Shown: piece after piece, positions 39,000-47,964 of the stretch
Position numbering within the stretch: the first letter of the stretch is position 1
Layout: each line of letters begins with the position of its first letter
Virus record (IMG/VR): IMGVR_UViG_3300011774_000001
Coordinates: 128,001-192,000 of that record
Direction: 5' to 3' (one strand)
Length of the DNA stretch: 64,000 nt
Source of the DNA: a virus
Lineage: Duplodnaviria > Caudoviricetes
Made by a program: the position numbers and the translations under genes
The notes under the pieces: generated by a model
The model's input: the letters and a program-made list of their open reading frames with translations, nothing else
Databases searched by the model: none
What the model was told of the DNA's origin: nothing

Positions 39000-39435
39000 T
39001 GAGCAATCGGCAAGAGATCCAAACAAGGCTGCTTGGCAGCATGATTGTCCGATTGAGTACGAGATTGATCAGACTGCGGCAGTGGTAATTGTCGAGTCTG
39101 AGGTGTTGGGGGTTATCTACGATCTCCTGCGCCGTAAGCGCATTCGTCTGGGTGTTCCAGAGGATGCGCCCGAGCATGTGTGGTTGTGCAAGGTGTCTTT
39201 CGCCATTGGCAGAGTCCTTAACGACTATCACATGGAAGACTTCCGGGACACCAACTGCCTGGCTATTGGTTCTCTGCTCATGAATGAGCTGATGGATGAC
39301 ATTCGTGAGAGCATGACTTGGATTGCCAACGTGTACTGGGAAGACGTAATTGGCTTCTCCGTGATCAGCGGCACCACCAAAGTCATGCTGCACTTTTCTG
39401 AAGAGGATTTGAACCATGGCGGTATCGCTCCGTAG
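38971..39435 (+). CDS. array protein 8 (hypothetical)
   Basis: VVIVESEV ... FSVISGTTKVMLHF. Confidence 0.7.
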   Translation: MTESNPPEADEQSARDPNKAAWQHDCPIEYEIDQTAAVVIVESEVLGVIYDLLRRKRIRLGVPEDAPEHVWLCKVSFAIGRVLNDYHMEDFRDTNCLAIGSLLMNELMDDIRESMTWIANVYWEDVIGFSVISGTTKVMLHFSEEDLNHGGIAP

Positions 39436-39829
39436 TCTTACAGTCAATACCAAAATCAACTTCACCATTGCCATGCAGGTCGGCGACCGCTCCGTGTATA
39501 ACTCGTTCACCTATCTGGGTGAGTCGGGTTACGCATTGGCAGCGTCCGTCAGCGGTGACCTGCGTGCTCTGGTGGCCAGCACCAAAGCCTATTTCCGGCC
39601 AGGCTCGCTCAAGGATGAAACCAAGATCACGTACATCGTGGTCAAGGAATCCGAGAGCAGCAAGCCGGTTGTTATTCCTGAACCACTGTTGGATCTCGAT
39701 TCGCTGGTGGTTGCAGGCAATGAAATTCACGAGATTGTTATCCGCGATGCCATGACTGCCCAACAGATCCAACAGATCCTGGTCGGTAATGGCATCAAAG
39801 ACTTCTCGATCAATACGCGACAGGTGTAG
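39416..39829 (+). CDS. conserved phiKZ-like beta-rich (SH3-like) protein
   Basis: GAGGA SD; INF..., D..K.TYIVVK, P...D.DS pattern recalled from jumbo phage core genes. Confidence 0.6.
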   Translation: MAVSLRSLTVNTKINFTIAMQVGDRSVYNSFTYLGESGYALAASVSGDLRALVASTKAYFRPGSLKDETKITYIVVKESESSKPVVIPEPLLDLDSLVVAGNEIHEIVIRDAMTAQQIQQILVGNGIKDFSINTRQV

Positions 39830-39831
39830 CC

Positions 39832-40188
39832 ATGACTGCCCCTGTCAGGATTGATGGACCTGTGAAGATAAGTCCTGACTGTCGGGTTGATCTCAATGAG
39901 CACCTCAAAGAGATCGACTACCACAAGCGGGGCTTTGACATTGGTTTTAAGGTAGCCGCCATTGAACTGGACACCGATGTGTTCAGTGTGGAGGAAACCA
40001 CAGAACACGTGATCTCCAGCGTGGGTAGTTTCAACTCGTCGTTCAGCTTTGAAGCAGACGATGATGAGATACCAACCATCCGCCATGTTGACTTTGCGTT
40101 AGGGCCTGGTAATGATCTTTTCCTTTTGGCATGCGATGCCAGGGTTAAGTCCATTACCCTGTCCTACGTGGACATCACTCCCCTCTAA
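39832..40188 (+). CDS. hypothetical protein
   Basis: AGGT SD; ORF in operon. Confidence 0.65.
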   Translation: MTAPVRIDGPVKISPDCRVDLNEHLKEIDYHKRGFDIGFKVAAIELDTDVFSVEETTEHVISSVGSFNSSFSFEADDDEIPTIRHVDFALGPGNDLFLLACDARVKSITLSYVDITPL

Positions 40189-40216
40189 TTTTTTTTTGTC
40201 TCAAAACAGGTGCCCC

Positions 40217-40843
40217 ATGACCCGTGAAGTCAGATTGAATCCCCGCCTCCATTCCATCATGATGGAGTCGTTGGAAAACGAAGACGCCAGCGGCCAGGCG
40301 ACGCAGGAAGTCGAACATGTTTTCTACGGCAAGATCTCCGATGCCAACCAGCTCGCAGAACTCGCCAAGCAGCCGTTCGTGACCAAAGTCCTGCAAGAAC
40401 AGTCGCAAGGCAAACTGGTTACCGGCACCGATGCCAGTCAGGCCGTTACGCTGCGTGTGCGCCGTCTGAACCGTAAAGACTGCGTGATGACCCGCAAGCA
40501 GTTCGTGGAAGGCCAAGCCGGCATGGCTGAAGTCACCCGCGAAATCAATGAAGGTCTGTACGACTTCATGGCCGAGTGCTTCGGTCAAGGCATGGCCAAG
40601 ATGCGTTACATCATCGCACCTGAAGGCCAGAAGAAGTTGGAATTCGACGTGTTCCTCGACGCCCATGGTAATACCTTGGGTTATGCGAAGTTCGACTTCG
40701 AAGTCACCAGCCCAGACGACGTGGTTCCGGCTCTGCCAATCACCCTGACCGAGCTGAAACACCTCAACCCGTACAACTGCACCGACGTGGATCGTGCTGC
40801 ACTGCGCGAGTTCATGAACCAGATGACCTTCAAAACCGTCTGA
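40217..40843 (+). CDS. CYTH-like (triphosphate tunnel) protein
   Basis: EVEHVF, TLRVRR, VMTRK, KMRY, LEFDVF, KFDFEV. Confidence 0.65.
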   Translation: MTREVRLNPRLHSIMMESLENEDASGQATQEVEHVFYGKISDANQLAELAKQPFVTKVLQEQSQGKLVTGTDASQAVTLRVRRLNRKDCVMTRKQFVEGQAGMAEVTREINEGLYDFMAECFGQGMAKMRYIIAPEGQKKLEFDVFLDAHGNTLGYAKFDFEVTSPDDVVPALPITLTELKHLNPYNCTDVDRAALREFMNQMTFKTV

Positions 40844-40935
40844 CATAATGGCCAGCCCAATGGGCTGGCTGTTGTGCCGTCGATTAGAAAGAGCCGGGGA
40901 CATTAAGTAGTCTCGCACACATAAGACAATTCCCC

Positions 40936-41361
40936 ATGGACACATCACTCGTAGCAGTTGTACCGCTGGCCGAAGTGGTTGATGATTTCTTAGCCTTTTT
41001 ACGCCTAGAGTGCAATCTAGGCGATCTGGCTGGAGCATTGCCAGTAGGCTATATGGTCCAAGAACTTGAACACATCGCCAAGGGCGCTGTGAACAGAAGT
41101 CACGTCAACATGCATGAGCACATGGCTCGTACTCGTGACATCTTTAAATCGTTTAGCAAAGAAGCGGCAGAGCAAGCCGATGATCTGGCAGACGAACTTT
41201 ACATTCTTCTTCGTGCCGAGTTGCCCCAACAACTAGGCAAGGACAAATCGATCTACACCGTGCGTAAAGATGGCAATGCCCTTTACATCAATCTGCTGGC
41301 ATCCAAGGATGCGTGGGCGTACGGAATAGATCCACAGTCGATTATCGATCAGGTACTTTAA
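40936..41361 (+). CDS. array-like protein 9 (hypothetical), coupled to DNA polymerase
   Basis: VAVVPLAEV ... YTVRKDGNALYINL. Confidence 0.7.
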   Translation: MDTSLVAVVPLAEVVDDFLAFLRLECNLGDLAGALPVGYMVQELEHIAKGAVNRSHVNMHEHMARTRDIFKSFSKEAAEQADDLADELYILLRAELPQQLGKDKSIYTVRKDGNALYINLLASKDAWAYGIDPQSIIDQVL

Positions 41362-43748
41362 TGGATCACTTCCTGCTGTCTTCCGAGCAGTACCAGCGGG
41401 ACCTTAACGTGGTCCGCACCTACATGAACGACAACGCCTGGTACCTTACCAAGATGCGTGGCCGTGACTTTGAATACAACGTCGAGTGGATTCGCAAGAC
41501 GATCGGTAAGGACGGGAAGTTCCCCATCAAGAACCCGTTAGTGACCATTGTTGATAAGGACAAGAATGGTGACCGTTTCATTCGTAAGGTAGGTTATCTC
41601 AACTACCTCAAGAACATCGTAGCCAAAGACCTCATCTGCGCCCCCTCCATGACCACCTACGTGCGTCCTGAGGTGCGACAGTCGCTGATGGGGGTCTACA
41701 TCAACGGTAACTTGGCATTGCGCTCTGGGGCTAAGCACGAGTCCCTGGAAGCCAAACTCTCTGCCGACAGCTACGGTGGTGAGATCTTCAAGTTGATTGG
41801 TGACCGTGAGGCGGAGGGCTGGACCATGCCTCCGTTGACGCCTGAGCTGGAAGCCAAGTTGGCTGACCTGGAACAGAAGTATGGTTACTACTACGACGTC
41901 TCTGAAATTAAGAACAACGAGCAGACCTCGCACAAGATCTTCAACAACGGGATCTCGGGCATGCAGACCATCGGGTCTACTCCGTTCGTTCTGGTGTCTG
42001 CTCACTCCAGCTTGACCTCGGGCTGCCGTTCTGCCGTGTCCTACGGTAACGCCACCATCGAGCGTTTTGTTTCAGGTAGCCGTCACTACTGGTCGCCTGA
42101 GGTGGTGATCACACAGATCCTGTCTATCTGCCGCGGTACCGACTACGAGAAGTTCGGTGCAGTGATGGAGAAGTACAAGCTCTACGTGCCGACCTTCGAC
42201 GACATCATTGACGCGATCCGTTATTCGACTGAACTGTATTGGACCCACGAAGACTCCATGGAAGAAGTCGGTGAGTTGGTTCAGACGCTGACACCAATGG
42301 AGCGTGCTGCGTTCCTGTACACCGGTGACATGTTCCACCTGCGTAAACACAACGAAGAGTTCATGCGGGAGTTCTTGAACGAGTTGTCTGCGGCTAAGAA
42401 AGGTACGCATCCTGATCCAATCCCGGTCATCAAATCGATGGACGGTGACCACAAGGCATTGGCCCTGATCCTCTGTGCAGAAGTGACTGCCGGTAAGAAG
42501 GTCAAGGATCTCATCGCCTCGGGTGATCAGCATGCTCTCTCGATGCTTGCACTGACCTATGAAAACATCATGGGTACACTCGACAAGTACGTGGACCTGA
42601 TCCAAACCTTCTGGACCACACTGAACGTTCCGCCAAACATCAGCCGTACTCGTGACATCCGTCGCCGTTCGGTTGTAGGTTCCGACACTGACTCCTGCCT
42701 GTTCACAGTGCGTGAGTGGGTCAAGTGGAAGAATGGTGCGGCGAAGTTCGACCAACCTTGCCAGGCAACATGGCACACGGTTGTGTTCATGGCGTGTCAA
42801 ACCGTGACCCACTCGCTGGCTTGCTTGTCTGCCGGTATGGGTGTGCGTGGTGAGGACGTCAAGAAGTTGGCTATGAAGAACGAGTACGCCTTCTCGGCAT
42901 TCGGTCTGACCAACATTGCCAAGCACTACATCGCCTCCATGATCGCTCAAGAAGGTGGTGTGTACTCCAAGGCCAAAGGTGAAATCAAGGGCGTGCAGTT
43001 TAAGGACTCCAACTCGCCTCCTGAAATCATTGAAGAGTCAAACGGTTACATCAGTTCTGTAATGGATTCGTTGTACCGTACCGGCGACTTTGAGATCATG
43101 CCGATCCTGAAGTCCATGGCCAAGACCGAGGCAGATGTAACTGAGTCCATCAAGAAGGGTGACACCCGGTATCTGAAAGCTGCCTATGTGCGGCCTAAGT
43201 CTGACTACAAGAAGCCGATGTCGTCACACTACTTCCACTACGAACTGTGGCAGAAGGCATTCGCTCACAAGTACGGCCCTGCTCCGGCATTGCCTTACCG
43301 TGCGGTGAAGATCTCGGTGGGACTCAAGAACAAGACCGCCATCAAGCGGTGGGTAGAGGGAATCGAAGACCCAATCATGCGTGCAGCTCTGGAAGAGATC
43401 TACGTGTATGGTGAAGGTGGTGGTGCCAGTGAAGAAGATGATCTGGCTCCAGGTGAGGTTCGCGATATCAAGGAAGAAGAAGGCGATGTAAGTGAAGACG
43501 ATGCCCCAGAGAAGGAGAAAGAAAAGGATGACGGCACTGGACCTAAAAAGCCTAAGGCCTCCATCAGTTCCTTCCTCATGCCGCTGGACATCGTATCGAT
43601 CAACGGAATCCCAGAAGAGATCCTGCGAGTGGCTAACCTGCGCCGTCAGTCCTACACGACGGTCAGTCCATTCTACTTGACAGCTGAAACGCTGGGCCTG
43701 CCAATGATCAATGCGAACCTCACGAACCTCTTGTCAGATACGCTGTAA
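41361..43748 (+). CDS. family B DNA polymerase, catalytic subunit (phiKZ gp50-like)
   Basis: KIFNNGISG (motif B), SDTDS (motif C), MKNEY, KHY, EIKGV; position upstream of chimallin. Confidence 0.88.
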   Translation: MDHFLLSSEQYQRDLNVVRTYMNDNAWYLTKMRGRDFEYNVEWIRKTIGKDGKFPIKNPLVTIVDKDKNGDRFIRKVGYLNYLKNIVAKDLICAPSMTTYVRPEVRQSLMGVYINGNLALRSGAKHESLEAKLSADSYGGEIFKLIGDREAEGWTMPPLTPELEAKLADLEQKYGYYYDVSEIKNNEQTSHKIFNNGISGMQTIGSTPFVLVSAHSSLTSGCRSAVSYGNATIERFVSGSRHYWSPEVVITQILSICRGTDYEKFGAVMEKYKLYVPTFDDIIDAIRYSTELYWTHEDSMEEVGELVQTLTPMERAAFLYTGDMFHLRKHNEEFMREFLNELSAAKKGTHPDPIPVIKSMDGDHKALALILCAEVTAGKKVKDLIASGDQHALSMLALTYENIMGTLDKYVDLIQTFWTTLNVPPNISRTRDIRRRSVVGSDTDSCLFTVREWVKWKNGAAKFDQPCQATWHTVVFMACQTVTHSLACLSAGMGVRGEDVKKLAMKNEYAFSAFGLTNIAKHYIASMIAQEGGVYSKAKGEIKGVQFKDSNSPPEIIEESNGYISSVMDSLYRTGDFEIMPILKSMAKTEADVTESIKKGDTRYLKAAYVRPKSDYKKPMSSHYFHYELWQKAFAHKYGPAPALPYRAVKISVGLKNKTAIKRWVEGIEDPIMRAALEEIYVYGEGGGASEEDDLAPGEVRDIKEEEGDVSEDDAPEKEKEKDDGTGPKKPKASISSFLMPLDIVSINGIPEEILRVANLRRQSYTTVSPFYLTAETLGLPMINANLTNLLSDTL

Positions 43749-43761
43749 ATAACCGGGACTG

Positions 43762-43782
43762 AGACCTAGATCATTCATGGGA
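43762..43782 (+). promoter_or_regulatory. phage promoter motif, copy 7 (inside an inverted repeat)
   Basis: AGACCTAGATCATTCATGGGA. Confidence 0.55.
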
Positions 43783-43837
43783 TAACACCCTGATCTGTGT
43801 CAGTTCCGGGAGTTACATTAACGTAAGGGAGGGGTTT

Positions 43838-44134
43838 ATGAAAGGTTATTTTCATTGGAGTCAAATTAAAGTTTTAACAATCGGTAGAGCACTGGACGGA
43901 AGTCACGATCCCGTCTTCCAGGTCACACTGGAGCCTGGTGCTGTGCAATCAATGTCGGCAGACGTTGCGGGGCCAGACGCCCATCAGCATCTGTACGTGT
44001 TCAGCGAAAACAACAAGGACTTTTATTCTTACCTGCAAGGGGAAGATAAGGTCGACGACAAGTACGCTTACCGCGAAGTCATGTCCGACCATCTGAAGTT
44101 CAAGCAATCGGCAGCCAAGGCGAAGAAGGCATGA
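43838..44134 (+). CDS. hypothetical protein
   Basis: GGAGGGG SD. Confidence 0.7.
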   Translation: MKGYFHWSQIKVLTIGRALDGSHDPVFQVTLEPGAVQSMSADVAGPDAHQHLYVFSENNKDFYSYLQGEDKVDDKYAYREVMSDHLKFKQSAAKAKKA

Positions 44135-44328
44135 ACATCATCCCAAGATACACCTCAAGCTGGGGTGAGGCACTGGGTGTTATCATGCTTGCAGTGGCCC
44201 TGCTGATCATCTGTGCAACATTCGCTGGAGCAGCTCTGTTCATGCTGTGGCTTGTCTGGCCGCCAATCCCGGTGGCTTTGGTTTGCTACATCTTTGATTC
44301 ATGGCTGTATGAAAGAAAAAATAAGTAA
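44131..44328 (+). CDS. small membrane protein
   Basis: ATGA coupling; long hydrophobic segments. Confidence 0.7.
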   Translation: MNIIPRYTSSWGEALGVIMLAVALLIICATFAGAALFMLWLVWPPIPVALVCYIFDSWLYERKNK

Positions 44329-44370
44329 CGGCATAGCTGCCCGGCCATTGGCCGGGCAGTGCTTTATGCC
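44329..44370. terminator. bidirectional terminator
   Basis: CGGCATAG-CTGCCCGGCCA-T-TGGCCGGGCAG-TGCTTTATGCC. Confidence 0.8.
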
Positions 44371-45458
44371 ATTGCTTGATCAATCAATGCATCAAGTTTG
44401 GCGACCACATCTTTGTAGGTGCGGTTGTCCAAAGCGCTGGACATGCCATTGGCACTGATAATGCGAACGAAGATCCGACGGACATCATTCGTTGGATACT
44501 CACGACCACGGTCAGGCGCCATGTTGGACAATGCCCAAAGGTAACGAAGCAGGTTGTAGCGGGAGATAACCAAGACCCACGTGACCTGTGCTGTCGGTGC
44601 GTAGTTACCCACAGAGGTAGCACGGCCCAAACTGCCAACCAATGGAACCGGCAGCGTTCCAATGAGGTGTTCGAACTTCACCTTCTTGTCCATCATTATT
44701 CGAGTAAAGGTCTCGAAGATTTTTTGACCAGCCTCTGTTCTGTTGATGTAACTTTTCGACAGACGGATGACTTGGTTGTTGACAGGGTTACCCTCGGCAA
44801 TCGCACAGCAGCGGTTCATGATGGCAATGGCGTACTGGCTGAACTTCAGCTTAGGTAGCACATGCATACTCACGAACATCTGAGGTGAACGCTTGTCGGG
44901 GTCCGCACTGGCGAGCTGCTCTCGCATCCAGAGAGTGTACTGCAGCATCAGCAGACCCAGGTCAATCTCAACCACGTCAAAGCCAAGCCCAATGAGATCT
45001 TCGCTTTCAGCGCTGCTCCCTAGGGTGAGGTTGGTCGAATCGTGACTCAGGTATCGAATCGCTACCATGTCGGTGTAAGGCGTGTTGCGGGTCACACCGC
45101 GACGAAAGGGCGACTCCCCGAGTAGGTAGATGGTCCGGTTACCCGAATCACCAATGTGCATGCGACCGTTGTTTGTCTGAGCAGTGAAGCCGAACGTCAT
45201 GGCAATCTCGTTGCTGAGAAAGCTACAGCGTCGGTAGATGTCTTCCACTGTTCTGGACAGGTCGTAGCCTGCCTTCTGGGCAAGCGTGGTTAAAAGGCTA
45301 ACCATCCAATGGTCTGGCGGTACAGAGCTGACATCTCGGTTCCGCCAATCGATGAAGCTTTTGATATCCTGTTCATAGTTGCTGATGAACTGATTGGATG
45401 CGCCCACCGGCGAAGCAGCAACCTCTTCCGGCAAAGATCCGCTGGTGAGATCAAACAT
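44364..45458 (-). CDS. conserved core protein encoded divergently from chimallin
   Basis: 364 aa, AAGGA SD; synteny with phiKZ-like genomes. Confidence 0.75.
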   Translation of the reverse strand: MFDLTSGSLPEEVAASPVGASNQFISNYEQDIKSFIDWRNRDVSSVPPDHWMVSLLTTLAQKAGYDLSRTVEDIYRRCSFLSNEIAMTFGFTAQTNNGRMHIGDSGNRTIYLLGESPFRRGVTRNTPYTDMVAIRYLSHDSTNLTLGSSAESEDLIGLGFDVVEIDLGLLMLQYTLWMREQLASADPDKRSPQMFVSMHVLPKLKFSQYAIAIMNRCCAIAEGNPVNNQVIRLSKSYINRTEAGQKIFETFTRIMMDKKVKFEHLIGTLPVPLVGSLGRATSVGNYAPTAQVTWVLVISRYNLLRYLWALSNMAPDRGREYPTNDVRRIFVRIISANGMSSALDNRTYKDVVAKLDALIDQAMA

Positions 45459-45620
45459 CGTGGGAGTCCTTTAAAAGGTGTGAGAAAGGTCAAAAGATAG
45501 ACCAGTGTATTTTTCTCGCACGGGTGTACCTATGGTATAGCTCAAAAGCGAATCGCGCCGTGCAGGTGCATAAACCCTTTGCCGCCAGTTTAAGAAATTG
45601 ACTGGAAACAAGATGATCTG

Positions 45621-45641
45621 AAACCTAGACTATCAATGTGA
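45621..45641 (+). promoter_or_regulatory. phage promoter motif, copy 8 (chimallin promoter)
   Basis: AAACCTAGACTATCAATGTGA. Confidence 0.8.
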
Positions 45642-45697
45642 ATAGTCTGGGGATTAGCTATTCATTGGCCAAGTTTAATCCCATCAAGGAGACGGCA

Positions 45698-47728
45698 ATG
45701 CCCGTTGAAAAACGCGGCGACGCTTCATCCGGGAACATCATGGCGGAGGCTTTCAAGAAGGCCACTGCTACGAATCCCGAACCGTCGCCAAAACAGGATG
45801 AGACACCTGCAGCGTCTTCCGCTGCGGATATCCGCCCTGATCCGGTTGTGGCTAAAAAGCCTCAGCCTGCTCCACGACAACCGCAAGCCCAGCAACGCGA
45901 AGCTGTTGTCGAACAATCCAATCACGTGAATAAGGACAGCGTTACCATGACTCAAACTGACTTCTCCCAAGGCCGTCGCGGCGCGGACAACAAGACCTTC
46001 ACCCTGAACGACATGGGTTCGAAGCGTCTGCGTCCTCTCAGCCGTTCCGCCGGCTCGGTGCGCGCCAAAGAACTGGCGACTGCAATCGAGAAAGAGCTGA
46101 AAGCTGGCCTGAACCAGGATGGCGTGTCGACCTGGGCTGTCCAGATCCTCGACGCTTCCCAGCTGAACCTGCCGACTTCCGCGGTCGTGCTGCTGCAAAC
46201 CGTCGTTGCCGAAAACACCGACCACATCGCCATGTACTCCTTCATGATCGATGGCCCGGACATTCGTCTGTCGCCACGTGTCGACAAGGTCGATGGCCGT
46301 CCGTACGAAACTCCGGTTGTGATCGGCGACATCTACAACAGCCAGGACTACATCACCCGCGCTGAAGAGCTGGTGAAACAGGCCCGCCCGAACAAGACCA
46401 TCAATCTGGTCGACGCCGGTGCATCGGTCTTCCCGGCCACCTACAGCATCGAGCAACACGGCGGTGTGTGGGACCTGCTGTACAAAGCAACCATGGCCCT
46501 GTTCAACACCATGAACAACCAGGTTGACCTGGCTACCGAACCTGCCTACACCCTGGCCGGTCGTTCCGCTGCAACCGAGCAACTGGTTGGTCGTCTGAAC
46601 TTCTCCGGCGAGAAGTACATCGACGAAGTTGGCCACCCTCAACGTCACGATGTCGTGATCGAGATGGATTCCGTGCGTCACCAGGCAGGTCGCGACTTCT
46701 CCGGCAACTCCAGCAACGTGACCAAGGTCGCGGGCTTCATGGAGCCGGTTTACGCTCAGCCTGATCCACAGAACCCAGCCAACAACCAGCCGTTCCTCAA
46801 CCAGTTCGTGATCACCCAGCTGGCTTCCGGTTACGACGCGATCGAAACCGAAATGACCATCCTGGCGCTGGTTACTGCGACCATGGTTCAAGTGCGCAAT
46901 GGTTGGGCTGACGCCTACCTGCCACGCTACGCCAACCAGGGCAAAGAGCTGAACTACCGCGACGTCGGCGCGCTGGGCTTCTGCATGCAGGACGCCAAGC
47001 GTATCGATACCAAGGCTGCCAGCTTCAAGGAAAACTTCGGCCAGTTCATGCGCGACTACTTCCGCCTGAACCAAGGCGTGATCTTCTCCATGGACATCCC
47101 TGAAGTCGGTCCTGATGCGTTCATCACTGACATCTTCCGCGCTGCGGCCGGTGGCAATGGCAACGCAATCGCAGCTCTGACCCAGGCCTGCGACAACCTG
47201 ACCGGCGGTGTGTACAGCCAGAAGGTTGCTCAGTATGGCGGCGGTTTCCCAATGTTCATCGACACTGGCAACCGTATCCACAACGGCTTCTACGTGAACG
47301 AAGCTGGTGAGCTGCGCGACATCCGTGACATCGACATGCTGGCTGTTGCCAACGTGCTCGGCAAGACCAACCCGCAAGCGCTGGTCGACTACGCTGACTC
47401 CTACGTTGCATCCACCGGTCAGGCGGCTGTGCGTATGTCCAAGCGTCTGGCGATCATCGACGACGTGCTGCAAGGTCGTCAGGTCATCACTGGCTACAGC
47501 GGTCGTTACATCATCGGCCCAAAATGGCTGCAGATCATCTCCGAAGCTTGCCAAGCGTGCAACCTGGTCGTTAACCCGGCCAACATGGTTCACGGTCTGG
47601 GCTCCGGCGCAGTTCTGGGTGGTTACGACTACGCTGCGTTCGCTGCTGGCGGCGCTGGCGGTGGCGTGTTCAACGGCGGTGGCAACAGCAACCCACAATC
47701 GGCTTACGCCGGTCGCGGTCGCTGGTAA
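45698..47728 (+). CDS. chmA: chimallin, major phage nucleus shell protein
   Basis: About 680 aa, strongest codon bias in the window, disordered termini; motifs GHPQRHD, RDVGALG, RIHNGFY, LRDIRDIDML; lies between DNA polymerase and nvRNAP beta-prime as in phiKZ (gp50-gp54-gp55). Confidence 0.88.
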   Translation: MPVEKRGDASSGNIMAEAFKKATATNPEPSPKQDETPAASSAADIRPDPVVAKKPQPAPRQPQAQQREAVVEQSNHVNKDSVTMTQTDFSQGRRGADNKTFTLNDMGSKRLRPLSRSAGSVRAKELATAIEKELKAGLNQDGVSTWAVQILDASQLNLPTSAVVLLQTVVAENTDHIAMYSFMIDGPDIRLSPRVDKVDGRPYETPVVIGDIYNSQDYITRAEELVKQARPNKTINLVDAGASVFPATYSIEQHGGVWDLLYKATMALFNTMNNQVDLATEPAYTLAGRSAATEQLVGRLNFSGEKYIDEVGHPQRHDVVIEMDSVRHQAGRDFSGNSSNVTKVAGFMEPVYAQPDPQNPANNQPFLNQFVITQLASGYDAIETEMTILALVTATMVQVRNGWADAYLPRYANQGKELNYRDVGALGFCMQDAKRIDTKAASFKENFGQFMRDYFRLNQGVIFSMDIPEVGPDAFITDIFRAAAGGNGNAIAALTQACDNLTGGVYSQKVAQYGGGFPMFIDTGNRIHNGFYVNEAGELRDIRDIDMLAVANVLGKTNPQALVDYADSYVASTGQAAVRMSKRLAIIDDVLQGRQVITGYSGRYIIGPKWLQIISEACQACNLVVNPANMVHGLGSGAVLGGYDYAAFAAGGAGGGVFNGGGNSNPQSAYAGRGRW

Positions 47729-47951
47729 GAAATTCGGTCGGGCGCTTTGTTCCCCTTAGCGCCTGACTGGATCGGCTGGATAGCCCCAAACAAACTGCGA
47801 CTATCGAGGCTGGCTCCTCCTGGGGATTCACTATCCGGCAAATTAGGTCGACGCAAATGCCTCTCAGCCGAAGGCTGAGAAAAGATCAAGGGTAGGCTGC
47901 CCTGCGATCGATCGGGTATAGCCCTCCTTCGGGAGGGCTCTACTTATGCCC
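47729..47951 (+). other. structured 3' UTR / candidate RNA element of chmA, ending in a terminator
   Basis: Four consecutive stems followed by AGCCCTCC-TTCG-GGAGGGCT-CTAC-TTATGCCC. Confidence 0.55.
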
Positions 47952-47964
47952 TCAATTCTTTTTT

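Noticed and set aside
45725-47698. 657-aa antisense ORF over chimallin (also 32172-33173, 57222-58982, 59024-60355, 9744-11084)
   Set aside because: Shadow frames produced by strong codon bias of the sense genes; no SD and non-protein-like composition.
47836-47880. GGCAAA...GACGCAAA-TGCC resemblance to the c-di-GMP-I (GEMM) riboswitch
   Set aside because: Only 7 nt separate the two motifs, so the GNRA-capped stem is missing. No matching 3' receptor stem is present, and the site is in a 3' UTR.
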